Notes: generated by a model from the sequence alone, not told the origin. Numbered from the stretch's first letter, positions 1 to 10,310 are shown. The stretch is DNA of 64,000 bases from a virus (IMGVR_UViG_3300028591_000081:163619-227618), one strand, 5' to 3'. Translations and numbers: made by a program.

Positions 1-4
1 AACA

Positions 5-75
5 GGCCCTATGAGAACGATTTGACACCTATCCCTATGGATATAGGGGTGATTACAAATGTCGCACAGAGAGCC
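5..75. repeat. Copy A of dispersed 61-bp-core imperfect palindrome (T[CA]TG..CGATTT-N33-[AG]AA..CAGA)
   Basis: TATG at 10, CGATTT 18-23, 33-nt spacer, AAAT 57-60, CAGA 67-70; same geometry as the copies at 15501 and 31138. Confidence 0.6.
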
Positions 76-108
76 TCCTAGGCACTTCTGTGAGGATGTT
101 TGAAATAC

Positions 109-263
109 GCCGTGAAAGTTCAGTGGCAGTAACGGGTCAAGATCCATCGGTACAACCATTTAGTGACGCAGACTATTGTTAGCGCACTGTTCCAGTCGAA
201 ATAGTCATAGCTAAAGATACGATGGTGTGATGCAGACTTTGGGTTCGATTCCCAGACACGGCA
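109..263 (+). ncRNA. tRNA-like RNA (155 nt) with the anticodon arm replaced by a long hairpin; no anticodon assignable
   Basis: Acceptor stem GCCGTG 109-114 / CACGGC 257-262 plus discriminator A263; D-arm-like GTTCAGTGGCAGTAAC 118-133; canonical T arm TTGGG-TTCGATT-CCCAG 239-255; no encoded CCA. Confidence 0.65.
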
Positions 264-280
264 TTGTGAAGAAATGGGCC

Positions 281-553
281 ATGCTCAAGCACTTATACGT
301 TACCATCAAAAACGGCCAGCCGGTTAAAGCAACCAAAAGCATTGCAGAATCAGGCGGCATACATGAAATTTACACCTTGTGGAATGATCAAGGCCCGGCA
401 CAATGGAACTGCGCCAAAACCAAAGAAGTCGAGATGTACATCCATGCCAATACCTTTGAGGAGTTCTGTCTGTATGACGATGACGAGATATTCCACAAAG
501 CCTTTGAAATCTGCGGAATTGACTTGGATGAGTGGCGTTTCGTCAACGTGTAA
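281..553 (+). CDS. Hypothetical protein (start moved to MLKHLY because the longer ORF overlaps the tRNA-like RNA)
   Basis: ORF track 227..553; followed immediately by a terminator hairpin. Confidence 0.55.
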   Translation: MLKHLYVTIKNGQPVKATKSIAESGGIHEIYTLWNDQGPAQWNCAKTKEVEMYIHANTFEEFCLYDDDEIFHKAFEICGIDLDEWRFVNV

Positions 554-555
554 TA

Positions 556-583
556 AAAATGGCCTCTATGATGAGGCCATTTT
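556..583. terminator. Bidirectional intrinsic terminator
   Basis: AAAATGGCCTC/GAGGCCATTTT stem between convergent genes. Confidence 0.8.
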
Positions 584-584
584 A

Positions 585-3500
585 TCATGCAAAGATTCTG
601 GACTGCATAGGCATGGAGGAACTCCTCAACCTGTCCACTTCCCTGTCTCGATTCATGGACTTGACTTGATTGGACAGTTCCCGAATCTGTTCAGACAATT
701 CCTTCATAGACTTCTGCATCGAGATAGCCTCGGACTGCTTGTCTGAGAACTCTCCGATGCTGGTCAGATACTTCAACTGCATCTGCGCATCCATACTGCC
801 TAATACAGAGTACTTCTCTTCAAGCTGTCTGATGTAATTCTCGAATCCTTCCCTCATCGTCGCGAACTGTAATGGCATCCCGTCCACCTGAACTTCTTGA
901 GACTCTGCCATGACATTTCTTGAGAGCCGTTCCAGCTCTATCGGGTTCAACACGTCTCCACGCTTTGCACCAAGGATTCCAAGAATCAAGTCCTGCTTCA
1001 GCTTCATGTCATGGTGAGGTTTGTCCATGAAGTACTTGTAGGTTTCATCCAGTTCACGAAGTACTTCGCTGAAGTTACTCGGTTTTCTGCCAGAAACACC
1101 TCCAGTGTTCATGGACGCCGTAGCCTCTGACTGAGCCAGACTGGTAACGGGTTTGGTTGGAGCTGGAGCACTAGCTTCTGCATCACCCATGGTTTCCGTA
1201 AAATCCGGCGGTTCCGATATAGGTACATTGACGGAATCCGTGTAGTTCCCAAACATAGATTTGAAATACCCAGCGAGCTTGAATCGGTTCGGTTTCCATG
1301 CCGTGTTCTGGACACCGATGTTGCTGGTTCGGGTTCTGAGGAAGCCAGCCGGGTTCTTTTTGGAATAAATCGAGGCAGAACCTGCGGCGTTCCAGTAATG
1401 ATCACTGGATGACGCGATGCCGACATGCGTAGGCCGCTTATCAGAGGATTTGTTTCCCACGAACGTTCCCGGATTACCTGTAAAAACAAACATACCCGGT
1501 TTGACCTGATCCTGAGGAACACTGACCCAATCGGGATCGTGTATCAGGCCGGGCCATGGATACTCTTTTGGATTTTCAGGATAGCCGTACACAATCGTGG
1601 AGATAGGATACATGAATCGCTTGGCGAGCTTTCCATAACCTATGGCATCCAGACCGTACCAGACCAGCTCATTGCAGACAAACCCTTCCCATTTCTTTCC
1701 TGTGTAAGGATCTTTTACTCCATGTAGCTCATAGTTCAGGTTCTTCTTGCTGGCCGCCCAGCTAACCAACTCACTGATAATCTGGTATGCTTTTTCTTCC
1801 TTCTCGGTCTTCTCTGGTTTTGGTATTTCAGACTTGTTCGGTTCTGGTTTTACCTCAGGAATCTTCGACATGTTGGCCTGTGAGGCTTTCTGCGCCGTAC
1901 CAAGCGCGTCGGACATAGCACTGAAGGCTTCTCGTGAGGCTTCAGGAATATCTGAACGATCTTTGACCTGATCGGCCAAATCTTTCATACGTTCCGGCTT
2001 GGTCGCTGGCAGTACGGCCTCCGTTTTGTTTCCTTCACCGATCTGCGTTACGGCTTCCTGTGTGAAGACGTTACCCTCTGAGGAATAATACTTTGCTCTG
2101 ATTTCGTCCCGGTTCTCTGCCGTGTCTTCGTCAGAAACCCCACTTCCAATACCACTTCCTATTGCCCCTAACCCAAAAGCTCCGGCCAACGCACCCAAAG
2201 CACCTGCCACAAATTTGGCCTTTCCAGATCCTCCGAAACGACTGGCCATCTTAAATCCAGCGACGGCTCCTCCTACACCACCTCCGGTTGCACCTATACC
2301 GGCCCCCAGAGCTGAGTTTTCTTTTTTCTTGGCACGAATGACGGTTCCGAGACTCTCATCATAAGCCTGTTCCAATTCCTCAACACGGGACTTCAACTTG
2401 GTATAGGATCTCCTGTCTCCGGACTGGTAAGCCTTTTCCATTTCTTTCCGGGCTTCGGCCAGTTCCTTACCCTTGTCACGCGCATTGTTCTCGGCTTCTT
2501 CCCGCCCATTCTTCTCACGCCACCAGCCTTTCCATGCATCCACAATTTTATGCACTGCCGCCACAGCCGCAAGAATACCTATTAGTGGGCCAGCAATAGC
2601 TTTGAGACCCGTAGCAATCTTTGGCAATCCTTTGGTGCTAAACTCAAGCAATTTCCCGGACACCTTGGACAATGCTCCTGTTCCCTTCGCCGTAGTTTCC
2701 AACCACTCGCCTACCTTCGGGAATGCTTTTGTAATCGACTGTGCTTGCAAGGCCATGATTACCATCGTGAAACCTTTCTTCACGATATCCTGCATGGTTC
2801 CGGCCCCGTTTACACCCCACAGAAATGAAGTGGCTCCAGTAAGAGCACCACCCACGGTCGCAGAAATGTCATCCTTGATACGTTCCGTCCAAGGTAGTTC
2901 CTGTCCTCCCTGTGCTTCTCCGACCGTGGCATTGTGTCCCTGTCGTCCAGAGGTCATGTTCATCAGGTTCATGGCCATCTTCACTGAGGCATCATCCCCT
3001 TTCTGTTGAAGAGCCATCGCATAAGCCTGCATGTTTTTGGCTACGGATTCGTTCGTAGATGCTATTTCCGAAAGGCGTTTCTGCATTTCCTTAGAGGACA
3101 TCCCTGTAACATCTACCCCGGCACTGGACAGGAATCCAGCCATATTCTTCCACATCTGGTCCTGACCCTGCCCGCCATAATACCCAAGGGATGTCTTCAA
3201 ATCAGCAAAAGCTAGATTCTGTGCCCTCTGCTGATCCATCCCCATGTTCACCATCTGTTGTACTTCTTTGGTGAACTTGGAAACCATCTCTGCGGTTTCA
3301 TCGCCGGTCTTCATGGAGGTCTGAGCCAGACTGACGATCTTCTCGAAGTCCTGAGAGAGTTTTGCTGTATCGGTACGAATCGTGTTCTCCCCGCTCTGGG
3401 CCGCCATAATCTGTTCAAGCATCTTACGCTGGGAGGCTTCTCCCATTTTCATGTTGTCCAGAGCAAGCAACGTTTCACGATTCACAGATACACCGAACTT

Positions 3501-4442
3501 ATCCAGACCGGTTACAAGGGCATTGGTGGAATCAGCCAAGTGCGTGGCATTGAGGCCATTTTTCAACACCTGATCTTTAATGGCCTTGATGCTGTCTGAC
3601 ACAGTAATGTGTATTCCGAGAGAGTCCGTGACAGCCGTCCGTGCCCCAAGAGTCGCATCCATGATCTTGGCACTGGTCTCACCGTTTACATGGTAGGTAC
3701 GACGCAGTTCGTCATTGAACTTCTCGAACTTATCCATGGAGCTGACAAGGAAATCACGGATACTCTCAAGAATCTTCACTGCAACAGAGTTCTTGACGAC
3801 ATCCTGTAAATCTTGTGCCCTCTGACCCTGCTCCCCTTCACCAGTGTTGGGGTTCGGCCCTTGATCAACGTTCGTACTTCCCTGAGCTTCCGCCGCCAAC
3901 GTACTCGCTTTTGAAGACTTAGTTCCTTCAGGCGTCCGGCTGGCATCCGTAGGAGAAGAATGTACAGCAGGTCTAGGAACTTCTGGAACCTGTGGTACAG
4001 GACGGGCCTGAGGCGTCTGGGTAGGAAAAGGCGGTTGTCCAATATCACTATGACGTTCCTGTGGAAAGGTTCCGTCCCCGCCTTCTTTTTTCGATGCGGC
4101 ACCAACATCTTTCAACGTGTCTGCTGTGTTTTTTAACAGCTCTTCGTGCTGGGTTTGGTTCTGCTCCAGCAGTTTTAGCCTCTGGTTCAGGCTACTCACG
4201 GCCTGATTGATGTTGGTAAACGCAGTATGTAACTGAGGAAGGATTCCCTGCACCTGACCTTGGAATCGTTCGAGCTTCTGGTCTCTGTCCTTCTGAGCTT
4301 GATCAAGTTCTTTCTGTTTCTTTTCCTGATCCTTGACATACTGGTCAAATGACTTTTTGGTCTCAGACAAAGTCGATGCAAGGTCAGCGTCCTTCACGCT
4401 CACCGTGATTCCTGATTCAGTTGTTGCCACATACTTTGCCAT
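585..4442 (-). CDS. Tail tape measure protein with C-terminal NlpC/P60-like peptidoglycan hydrolase domain
   Basis: Long helical Ala/Gly-rich protein downstream of tube and sheath; Gly-rich hydrophobic segments; IGEGNKTEAVLP motif; GFVCNELVW (Cys) ... THVGIA (His) NlpC/P60 pattern; GGAG RBS before ATG 4442. Confidence 0.75.
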   Translation of the reverse strand: MAKYVATTESGITVSVKDADLASTLSETKKSFDQYVKDQEKKQKELDQAQKDRDQKLERFQGQVQGILPQLHTAFTNINQAVSSLNQRLKLLEQNQTQHEELLKNTADTLKDVGAASKKEGGDGTFPQERHSDIGQPPFPTQTPQARPVPQVPEVPRPAVHSSPTDASRTPEGTKSSKASTLAAEAQGSTNVDQGPNPNTGEGEQGQRAQDLQDVVKNSVAVKILESIRDFLVSSMDKFEKFNDELRRTYHVNGETSAKIMDATLGARTAVTDSLGIHITVSDSIKAIKDQVLKNGLNATHLADSTNALVTGLDKFGVSVNRETLLALDNMKMGEASQRKMLEQIMAAQSGENTIRTDTAKLSQDFEKIVSLAQTSMKTGDETAEMVSKFTKEVQQMVNMGMDQQRAQNLAFADLKTSLGYYGGQGQDQMWKNMAGFLSSAGVDVTGMSSKEMQKRLSEIASTNESVAKNMQAYAMALQQKGDDASVKMAMNLMNMTSGRQGHNATVGEAQGGQELPWTERIKDDISATVGGALTGATSFLWGVNGAGTMQDIVKKGFTMVIMALQAQSITKAFPKVGEWLETTAKGTGALSKVSGKLLEFSTKGLPKIATGLKAIAGPLIGILAAVAAVHKIVDAWKGWWREKNGREEAENNARDKGKELAEARKEMEKAYQSGDRRSYTKLKSRVEELEQAYDESLGTVIRAKKKENSALGAGIGATGGGVGGAVAGFKMASRFGGSGKAKFVAGALGALAGAFGLGAIGSGIGSGVSDEDTAENRDEIRAKYYSSEGNVFTQEAVTQIGEGNKTEAVLPATKPERMKDLADQVKDRSDIPEASREAFSAMSDALGTAQKASQANMSKIPEVKPEPNKSEIPKPEKTEKEEKAYQIISELVSWAASKKNLNYELHGVKDPYTGKKWEGFVCNELVWYGLDAIGYGKLAKRFMYPISTIVYGYPENPKEYPWPGLIHDPDWVSVPQDQVKPGMFVFTGNPGTFVGNKSSDKRPTHVGIASSSDHYWNAAGSASIYSKKNPAGFLRTRTSNIGVQNTAWKPNRFKLAGYFKSMFGNYTDSVNVPISEPPDFTETMGDAEASAPAPTKPVTSLAQSEATASMNTGGVSGRKPSNFSEVLRELDETYKYFMDKPHHDMKLKQDLILGILGAKRGDVLNPIELERLSRNVMAESQEVQVDGMPLQFATMREGFENYIRQLEEKYSVLGSMDAQMQLKYLTSIGEFSDKQSEAISMQKSMKELSEQIRELSNQVKSMNRDREVDRLRSSSMPMQSRIFA

Positions 4443-4478
4443 ATCTCGTCTCCACACTATCGCCGATACCTAAAAAGA

Positions 4479-4507
4479 AAGGGAGTAGCGAAAACAACCA
4501 CTCCCTT
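4479..4507 (-). terminator. Intrinsic terminator
   Basis: AAGGGAGT/ACTCCCTT stem followed by a T-run on the - strand. Confidence 0.6.
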
Positions 4508-4544
4508 CCTCAACCATCACCGTCATCTGATGCTATATGCTAGA

Positions 4545-5420
4545 CTATCTGAAACGCCGGATAGATAATCGTCTTCCCTCATTCATACGATAGGCAACCG
4601 TGTCACGAACCCAGTCAGCAAGACCTTCTGCATCCTGAACGTTCTCCACAGTCTTAACGGCTTCATCATCCACATAGATAACCATTGCAAGGGAACCCTT
4701 GTACGGCACAAGCACAACCGTAACCTGATGAGGCATTTTGTTCTTGTCCGAAAAATTCCCTGTATATGTGGCCAGAGCATCTTCGGCAAGAGCTACCGAA
4801 TACACTTTGGTAAGGTCGATAATGTAATCGGCCCCAACGGACTGTACAGTAACCTCAACAGCTCGTGCGATGTTCTGCGCGGACTCTCTCAAATTCTGAT
4901 TCATCGGGGAAATGTTTTTGTCCAGCACATCACTGTCTTCACCAGTAGCCGAAGTATCCGAACGCTGAGACATTACATAGGCATTAGACTGGTCTCGAAG
5001 GAAATCAAGAAACCCCTGTGCATCGATCCGGCAATTCAGTGACGGGGAGTACCCATCCATACCTTCACATCGCGTGATAATACCATCATTATTGACATCC
5101 AATGTAATGACCAGAGCCTTGGTCTTGTCCGTAACATTAGATTCCAGAGTGTCATCGAAAGCCGTAAGTGTCCATGTCTCTGTACCATCTTGATGATGGA
5201 CGATATCTAGGTCTGCACGGCTCCCGCATCCCGCCTGTGTAAGAATGCTGTCAATAACGCTCTCAAGAGCTTCACGGGTTTCTACATTCTCAAATATGTC
5301 GGAAGGTTTCCCGACTTCGAGATTTTCAGCTACGACCTCCATGTCGAAGTTTTCATACTTCGGAACACGGAATGCCGGTGCGATTCGTCGGCCATCGCGG
5401 CCTGTAAGCGTATTACTCAT
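4545..5420 (-). CDS. Putative internal head protein; basic leader and basic C-terminal tail
   Basis: Leader ..GRRIAPAFRVPKYE|N, internal NLRE|SA, tail RMNE|GRRLSIRRFR; acidic body. Confidence 0.55.
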   Translation of the reverse strand: MSNTLTGRDGRRIAPAFRVPKYENFDMEVVAENLEVGKPSDIFENVETREALESVIDSILTQAGCGSRADLDIVHHQDGTETWTLTAFDDTLESNVTDKTKALVITLDVNNDGIITRCEGMDGYSPSLNCRIDAQGFLDFLRDQSNAYVMSQRSDTSATGEDSDVLDKNISPMNQNLRESAQNIARAVEVTVQSVGADYIIDLTKVYSVALAEDALATYTGNFSDKNKMPHQVTVVLVPYKGSLAMVIYVDDEAVKTVENVQDAEGLADWVRDTVAYRMNEGRRLSIRRFR

Positions 5421-5432
5421 AGGCCACCTCCA

Positions 5433-6035
5433 TTACGCATTGGTATCACTGGAAGAAACCGTTGTACGCTCCAGACGGTCACACGAGAAACTGCACGTGA
5501 TCTGTGTGAACCCGCCACCCGTACCCATGTTCGGGATATTGATGTTCGTCGGGAAAAGCCCAAAGACTTCCCACGAACGAATAACGCTGGCGTCAGGGGC
5601 AAACACAAGAAGGGATGCCGTAGTTTTGTAATTCACGGCCAGACCCATGAGCTTGTCTCCATCGAAATTGTAAATAAGACGGAACCAGTCCAGAAGCATG
5701 TTCTGAATATCGTAACCGATACTGTCAATGCAGTTGATGGACACCTGACCACCCATAGTCGGGTTCGTTGCAATAAAGACCTGCTCATTACCACGTTTGA
5801 TGCTCTGAGGAGTGACCGACAGGGCCGGTAAAGAGACAGACTGCACTGCAAGACGAATGATGTTGGAGTCATTTTGCGTAAAGGCACGTCGCGCTGAGTT
5901 CATCTTCTCAGGGAATGCCTGTGTAGGAAGGTTGATTACCAATTCCCAATGAGAGTCGCGTTGCGGTTCCCAGTTCGCATTGTCTGTAAAATGGGACGCA
6001 CCATAATACTGGGATAATCTTACGTCACTAGCCAT
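5433..6035 (-). CDS. Tail tube protein (T4 gp19-like)
   Basis: 200 aa; EPQRDSHWEL, SVSLPALS, LLDWFRLIYN, YKTTASL, W..FGLFPTNI match the gp19 family pattern; lies downstream of the sheath. Confidence 0.85.
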   Translation of the reverse strand: MASDVRLSQYYGASHFTDNANWEPQRDSHWELVINLPTQAFPEKMNSARRAFTQNDSNIIRLAVQSVSLPALSVTPQSIKRGNEQVFIATNPTMGGQVSINCIDSIGYDIQNMLLDWFRLIYNFDGDKLMGLAVNYKTTASLLVFAPDASVIRSWEVFGLFPTNINIPNMGTGGGFTQITCSFSCDRLERTTVSSSDTNA

Positions 6036-6050
6036 AATGGTACCTCCTTA

Positions 6051-7103
6051 TTACTTAGCCGGTTTCGGATTTCCGGGGGCCAAGCGATGAATACGGAACC
6101 CGTTGATTCTGGATTCAGTAGCAATCACCACCTTGTGGTTCTTCGCATAAACACGAATATCGCTGGGATCTTCTGCTTCAGAAGACTCCGTAACGGTCTC
6201 GCTGATGTCAGGAAATTCTGCTGAATCTGCGGCCTGAATCGCCTGATTTGCTGAGGCATCGGGTTTAAGATCCAAGTCCTGAGGCGTCACCTGTTCAGGA
6301 GCAGGAATGTCGTCCTCATTTTTCTTCTTGCGCTCAGGAGATTTGGCCCACAGCATAGCCTCCCGGAATGCCTTGCTGGCCGAGTTGTCATCCGTGAAAT
6401 CCTCAAATTCTTTGGTCTTGGTGTAAATCTTTGCGAAGGGCTGATCTCCGCATTCCACGAATACATCCACACCGGCATTGTACGCCTGTGCACAGACCTT
6501 CATGGCGTCCTGCAAAGACTCAAACTCACCTGAGTATTTCTTACGTGTCGCCGCATGTTCACGAGTAATGCAGGACACCTTGTACAAACAGTCCTCTCCT
6601 TCATTCGCAGAAGCCTTGCAGATAGAAGCCACTTTGTGGACTTTTTCGGTCTTGGCCTTGCTTGATTTCAGGAACGTAATGCGATGAATGGAAACCTCAC
6701 CATTCGATCCGTTCAACGCCTTCCCTTCAACACAGACCAAGTCTCCCTTTCGGACATGCTTTAGGATGATTTCCTTGGACTTGCCGCCCGTAGAGCAAAT
6801 CCGTTCCAAAGTCTGATCTCCGACGCCGCTCGAATAGACCAGAGTAAGGACAACTTTTCGACCCTTCATCTCTGGGTCGGATTTCACCCTGCCAATGATG
6901 ATGGTGTACGACATCCCGTCCTCATTCGCGAGATCATCATCTGTTGCACCCATGGTCTTAGCCAGTATGTCAAATTCTTTCTGGGACTCTGCCTCAATCA
7001 CGTCATCGGACAGAACGTTCTTTTCAAGATGACGACGGAACGAGTTGCGATACTCATTCTCACGATTACGCATATCCATGTTGCGCCAATTTTTGCGAAT
7101 CAT
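6051..7103 (-). CDS. Putative internal head protein containing an SSB-like OB-fold
   Basis: Leader MIRKNWR..FRRHLE|K; YTIIIGRVKSDPEMK and HVRKGDLVCVEGKAL resemble SSB strands; internal RKKKNE|D; tail ATE|SRINGFRIHR. Confidence 0.5.
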   Translation of the reverse strand: MIRKNWRNMDMRNRENEYRNSFRRHLEKNVLSDDVIEAESQKEFDILAKTMGATDDDLANEDGMSYTIIIGRVKSDPEMKGRKVVLTLVYSSGVGDQTLERICSTGGKSKEIILKHVRKGDLVCVEGKALNGSNGEVSIHRITFLKSSKAKTEKVHKVASICKASANEGEDCLYKVSCITREHAATRKKYSGEFESLQDAMKVCAQAYNAGVDVFVECGDQPFAKIYTKTKEFEDFTDDNSASKAFREAMLWAKSPERKKKNEDDIPAPEQVTPQDLDLKPDASANQAIQAADSAEFPDISETVTESSEAEDPSDIRVYAKNHKVVIATESRINGFRIHRLAPGNPKPAK

Positions 7104-7204
7104 ATTTCCTCCAAAACTATGTATCTCTTAGTTGATGAGCTTGAAATGATTTTGGGCATCATCCCTCGTCTTCACAATTCGATAGGTGATGCCCAAAACA
7201 CGGA

Positions 7205-10153
7205 TTACGTAATGCTGGATTCAACCGTATTTGCCGAGGAATTGACCACAAACTCAACAGTGTAAATTTCAGCATCAGGCACAAACTGCAACTCAATCAC
7301 GCCATTGATTTTACGCTGGGCAATGAGTTCTGCTTTGGTTGTGTCAAAACCCATCTTCACGGTATAGGCCGCAAGTCCACCAAGAGACGCCAGCGGTGCC
7401 AGAATCATTGAGGACACGTACTGTTTCCACCGTTGCCACAGACTCAAATCATTCAGGGAGAACACCTGAGTGTTCGTGTAACGATCCACCCGAGAACGGA
7501 TGTAGATAAGAGTTCGCGCAATGTGGGCGGCACTCAAGTCAGAGTACACAGGATTCAGAGTTTCGTTCCCGTAAATCTGGATACCCTGCACACCGAGATC
7601 GTAAATCGGGTTGATGTGGTAGTTGATGAGCTTGTCTCGTTCAAATTTCTGCGCCGGATTACGAGTTACCCGAACCTCATCTCCAAGGACACCTCCCTGT
7701 TCACCGGCTACCGGATAGAAGGTACCACGGACGCGATATGAAGCCAGTCCCTTCATAATAACCTGATACGCAGGAGACATCGGTACAACAACGGTTTTGC
7801 TCGGAACGCCATTGTTGAACTTCTGACAGGTGATGTTGATCCAATCCCAGTACATCTCACAGTAGAAGCTCTGATCCGCATAGGAGATGGCCCCAGTCGA
7901 ACCATACTCCCAGAGATCCGAGTACTCTCCAAGGGAGTTGACCCAGTTACAGGCTTCATCAAGAGACATGCCCCAAGGCGTCGTGAACACACAGGTGAGA
8001 TCTTTACGGTCAGCCGCAATCATCTTGATCAGGTAATGAAGGGCGCGACGTTCCGATTCGTCTGCGGATTCTGAGAGATGGCAGATTTTACCGTCTTTGT
8101 CAGTAACCATGGCCGATAACTCAGAGATAAAGCATCCAGAGTATCGAGGATCGACAAATTCGTTAAGGGCAGTCTGATAGTCCTTGACCGACACGTTAAA
8201 GTGGCCTTCCGAAAGTTCCACAGGCTGGGAGCAGTTCTTCCCCTCGATGACCAAGGCACGAAGAGACGACACTATGTCAAAATCTTCTTCCTTGTACGGA
8301 TCCATCATGGTGAAAGTAAGGTAACTGCCTAAGACAGAGTTGAGGGATGCAATGAACGATCCGTTGGTCAGGTTCTCAGGAATAGAGAACCGAGCTTCCT
8401 TGATAATCCCCTTGTCAGGAGCGGCCTCGTCATAGCTCTCATACAGCTTGACATCCATTGCATACAGCTTGAGCGATTTCGGCTTCAACTGAACCAAATC
8501 CGTCTTGAGATAGAGCTTGTCTGTAATACTCGACACGGCTTCTGCATAAGGTTCCGTCGCATTGGTATGTTTCACCGTAACAGGGAAACCGTCGTCATAC
8601 GGAATCGGATTTCCTTCCGTATCGAGCTTCATGGGAATCGTGATACGAGTGTAGGTCTTCCCTTCCTTCACTTCCGTAGAAACCGTATAATCCACGCCTT
8701 CCACCAAGCATGTGCAGGACACCGGGCTGTTGGCAATGCAAAGACGAGTGTCTCCGGACTCCAGAGCTTTGAAGGTAATCTTACCACGTTCCTTGGCCCC
8801 TTCAAAGTTAGACTGTGTGAATGGAACATCGACGCCGGTCGATTTACACGGAACCATGTCTGGAACGAACCGACCAAGCATATCCGCACTACGTTCTTCC
8901 TTTGTAAGAGCATTGGCGGTGCTGTAAATTGCCATGGCCACAGCGATGTTCATGCCGAGCTGAGTACCTGTGCTGACTATCTTTGCACTCGAAGGATAAG
9001 TTCCGTAGGTTCCAGAAGGCACACTGGTAGCAATCGTGTCACTGCCGTGCATCAGAACAACGTACTTATTGTCCTGAACAGCATCCTTGATATCCGTATT
9101 GGAGAACCAATCCACGTCGGTAGTTTCGATGGCGATAACCGAACCTTCAGAAGCACCATACGACGTGAGGGTAGGAATGAGTCTGGCCAAGTCTGCATCA
9201 GGATCTGCCTCGTTGAATGGAATGAGAACAAAGTCTCCAGCCTTGGCCGTGTCCAGCCAGAACAGAACAATCTCATGCAACGGGGAATCCGTATCTACAC
9301 CATAAACATTGCGAAGATCTGCGATTGTGGAAATCTTCCACGCTCCGTGATAAACACCAGAACCGCCTTCCATCTGCTTCCATTCATTGAACGCCGTAAG
9401 GAGGTCTTCTGCGGGCTTGTCGAACATCCCAGAGACCACTGCATTCCCTGCAAAGGCATTCGCAATAGAATCTCCAGAAGAGGCAAGGTGATCAATCTCT
9501 TTTACCTGACTGCCAGAAACTTTACCGATATGAACCGTGTAAATATCTCCGACCTCAACACCATCCTCGGTAACTGTTTCCCGCGACAGTTTCACAGAAA
9601 GTAAGTTCCCGTGATCACCCTTCTCACGCATCTCAACGACATTGTTCGCATCCAGCGTGTACTTCGCGGCGGTATCCGTGTCAGCAAAGGTCATCCCGAA
9701 ACCAAGAACAGGAATGCCCCGACCTCCCGTAAGTTCCGGAATGTTGCAGATACCGGGGATGTCAATGACGCCACGTTCATCCGTGCGCATCTCCTCTGTG
9801 ACAGTCGAATGATCGCTGGCATCCCCCAGCAGAAGAGCGAAACTCGCAGGATCGCCGCTGGGAACCTTTGCGATATACACAGAGAATCCAGCTTTCACAA
9901 TCTCGCGAACAGCATACAAATCGCGGTATTTCTCAGGGTCAATACGAGGATCACCAAAGATACGGTCTAACGCATCCGTGTCCTGAATCAAGACCGGAGC
10001 ATACGCAATCGTGTCCGAGTCTTCTTTAGCTTTCGGCCCCCAAGGGGTAACACATGCAAACAGACCAGCATAATCAAGAATGTTTGTGATTCGAGAGTTG
10101 TCCTTTACATGGGAAACAACATACGCCGCCTCACGTCCTTCAGTCGGTTTCAT
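7205..10153 (-). CDS. Tail sheath protein (gp18-like) with a large central insertion, ~982 aa
   Basis: N-terminal TPWGP..FGDP; C-terminal ERDKLINYHINPI..IYGNETL..HIARTLIYI..GVIELQFVPDAEIYTVEFVV sheath signature; GAGGAG RBS before ATG 10153. Confidence 0.9.
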   Translation of the reverse strand: MKPTEGREAAYVVSHVKDNSRITNILDYAGLFACVTPWGPKAKEDSDTIAYAPVLIQDTDALDRIFGDPRIDPEKYRDLYAVREIVKAGFSVYIAKVPSGDPASFALLLGDASDHSTVTEEMRTDERGVIDIPGICNIPELTGGRGIPVLGFGMTFADTDTAAKYTLDANNVVEMREKGDHGNLLSVKLSRETVTEDGVEVGDIYTVHIGKVSGSQVKEIDHLASSGDSIANAFAGNAVVSGMFDKPAEDLLTAFNEWKQMEGGSGVYHGAWKISTIADLRNVYGVDTDSPLHEIVLFWLDTAKAGDFVLIPFNEADPDADLARLIPTLTSYGASEGSVIAIETTDVDWFSNTDIKDAVQDNKYVVLMHGSDTIATSVPSGTYGTYPSSAKIVSTGTQLGMNIAVAMAIYSTANALTKEERSADMLGRFVPDMVPCKSTGVDVPFTQSNFEGAKERGKITFKALESGDTRLCIANSPVSCTCLVEGVDYTVSTEVKEGKTYTRITIPMKLDTEGNPIPYDDGFPVTVKHTNATEPYAEAVSSITDKLYLKTDLVQLKPKSLKLYAMDVKLYESYDEAAPDKGIIKEARFSIPENLTNGSFIASLNSVLGSYLTFTMMDPYKEEDFDIVSSLRALVIEGKNCSQPVELSEGHFNVSVKDYQTALNEFVDPRYSGCFISELSAMVTDKDGKICHLSESADESERRALHYLIKMIAADRKDLTCVFTTPWGMSLDEACNWVNSLGEYSDLWEYGSTGAISYADQSFYCEMYWDWINITCQKFNNGVPSKTVVVPMSPAYQVIMKGLASYRVRGTFYPVAGEQGGVLGDEVRVTRNPAQKFERDKLINYHINPIYDLGVQGIQIYGNETLNPVYSDLSAAHIARTLIYIRSRVDRYTNTQVFSLNDLSLWQRWKQYVSSMILAPLASLGGLAAYTVKMGFDTTKAELIAQRKINGVIELQFVPDAEIYTVEFVVNSSANTVESSIT

Positions 10154-10310
10154 AATATCTCTCCTCTTTCCTTGCAAGGTACAGGATAACCGCGCATCAC
10201 ATTCAAGAACTTCGGTGTGCGCACACCCACGTCCACTGATGCACGACAAATTCACGTGAAGTTTGATAAACAAACGGCCAGACAACCGACACCTAGATGT
10301 AGACAAAAGA

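Noticed and set aside
165-207. Group I intron-like P7 words (GCAGACTA / ATAGTC) inside the tRNA-like RNA
   Set aside because: The insert is only ~80-90 nt, too short for a group I core, and the words pair as a simple nested stem.
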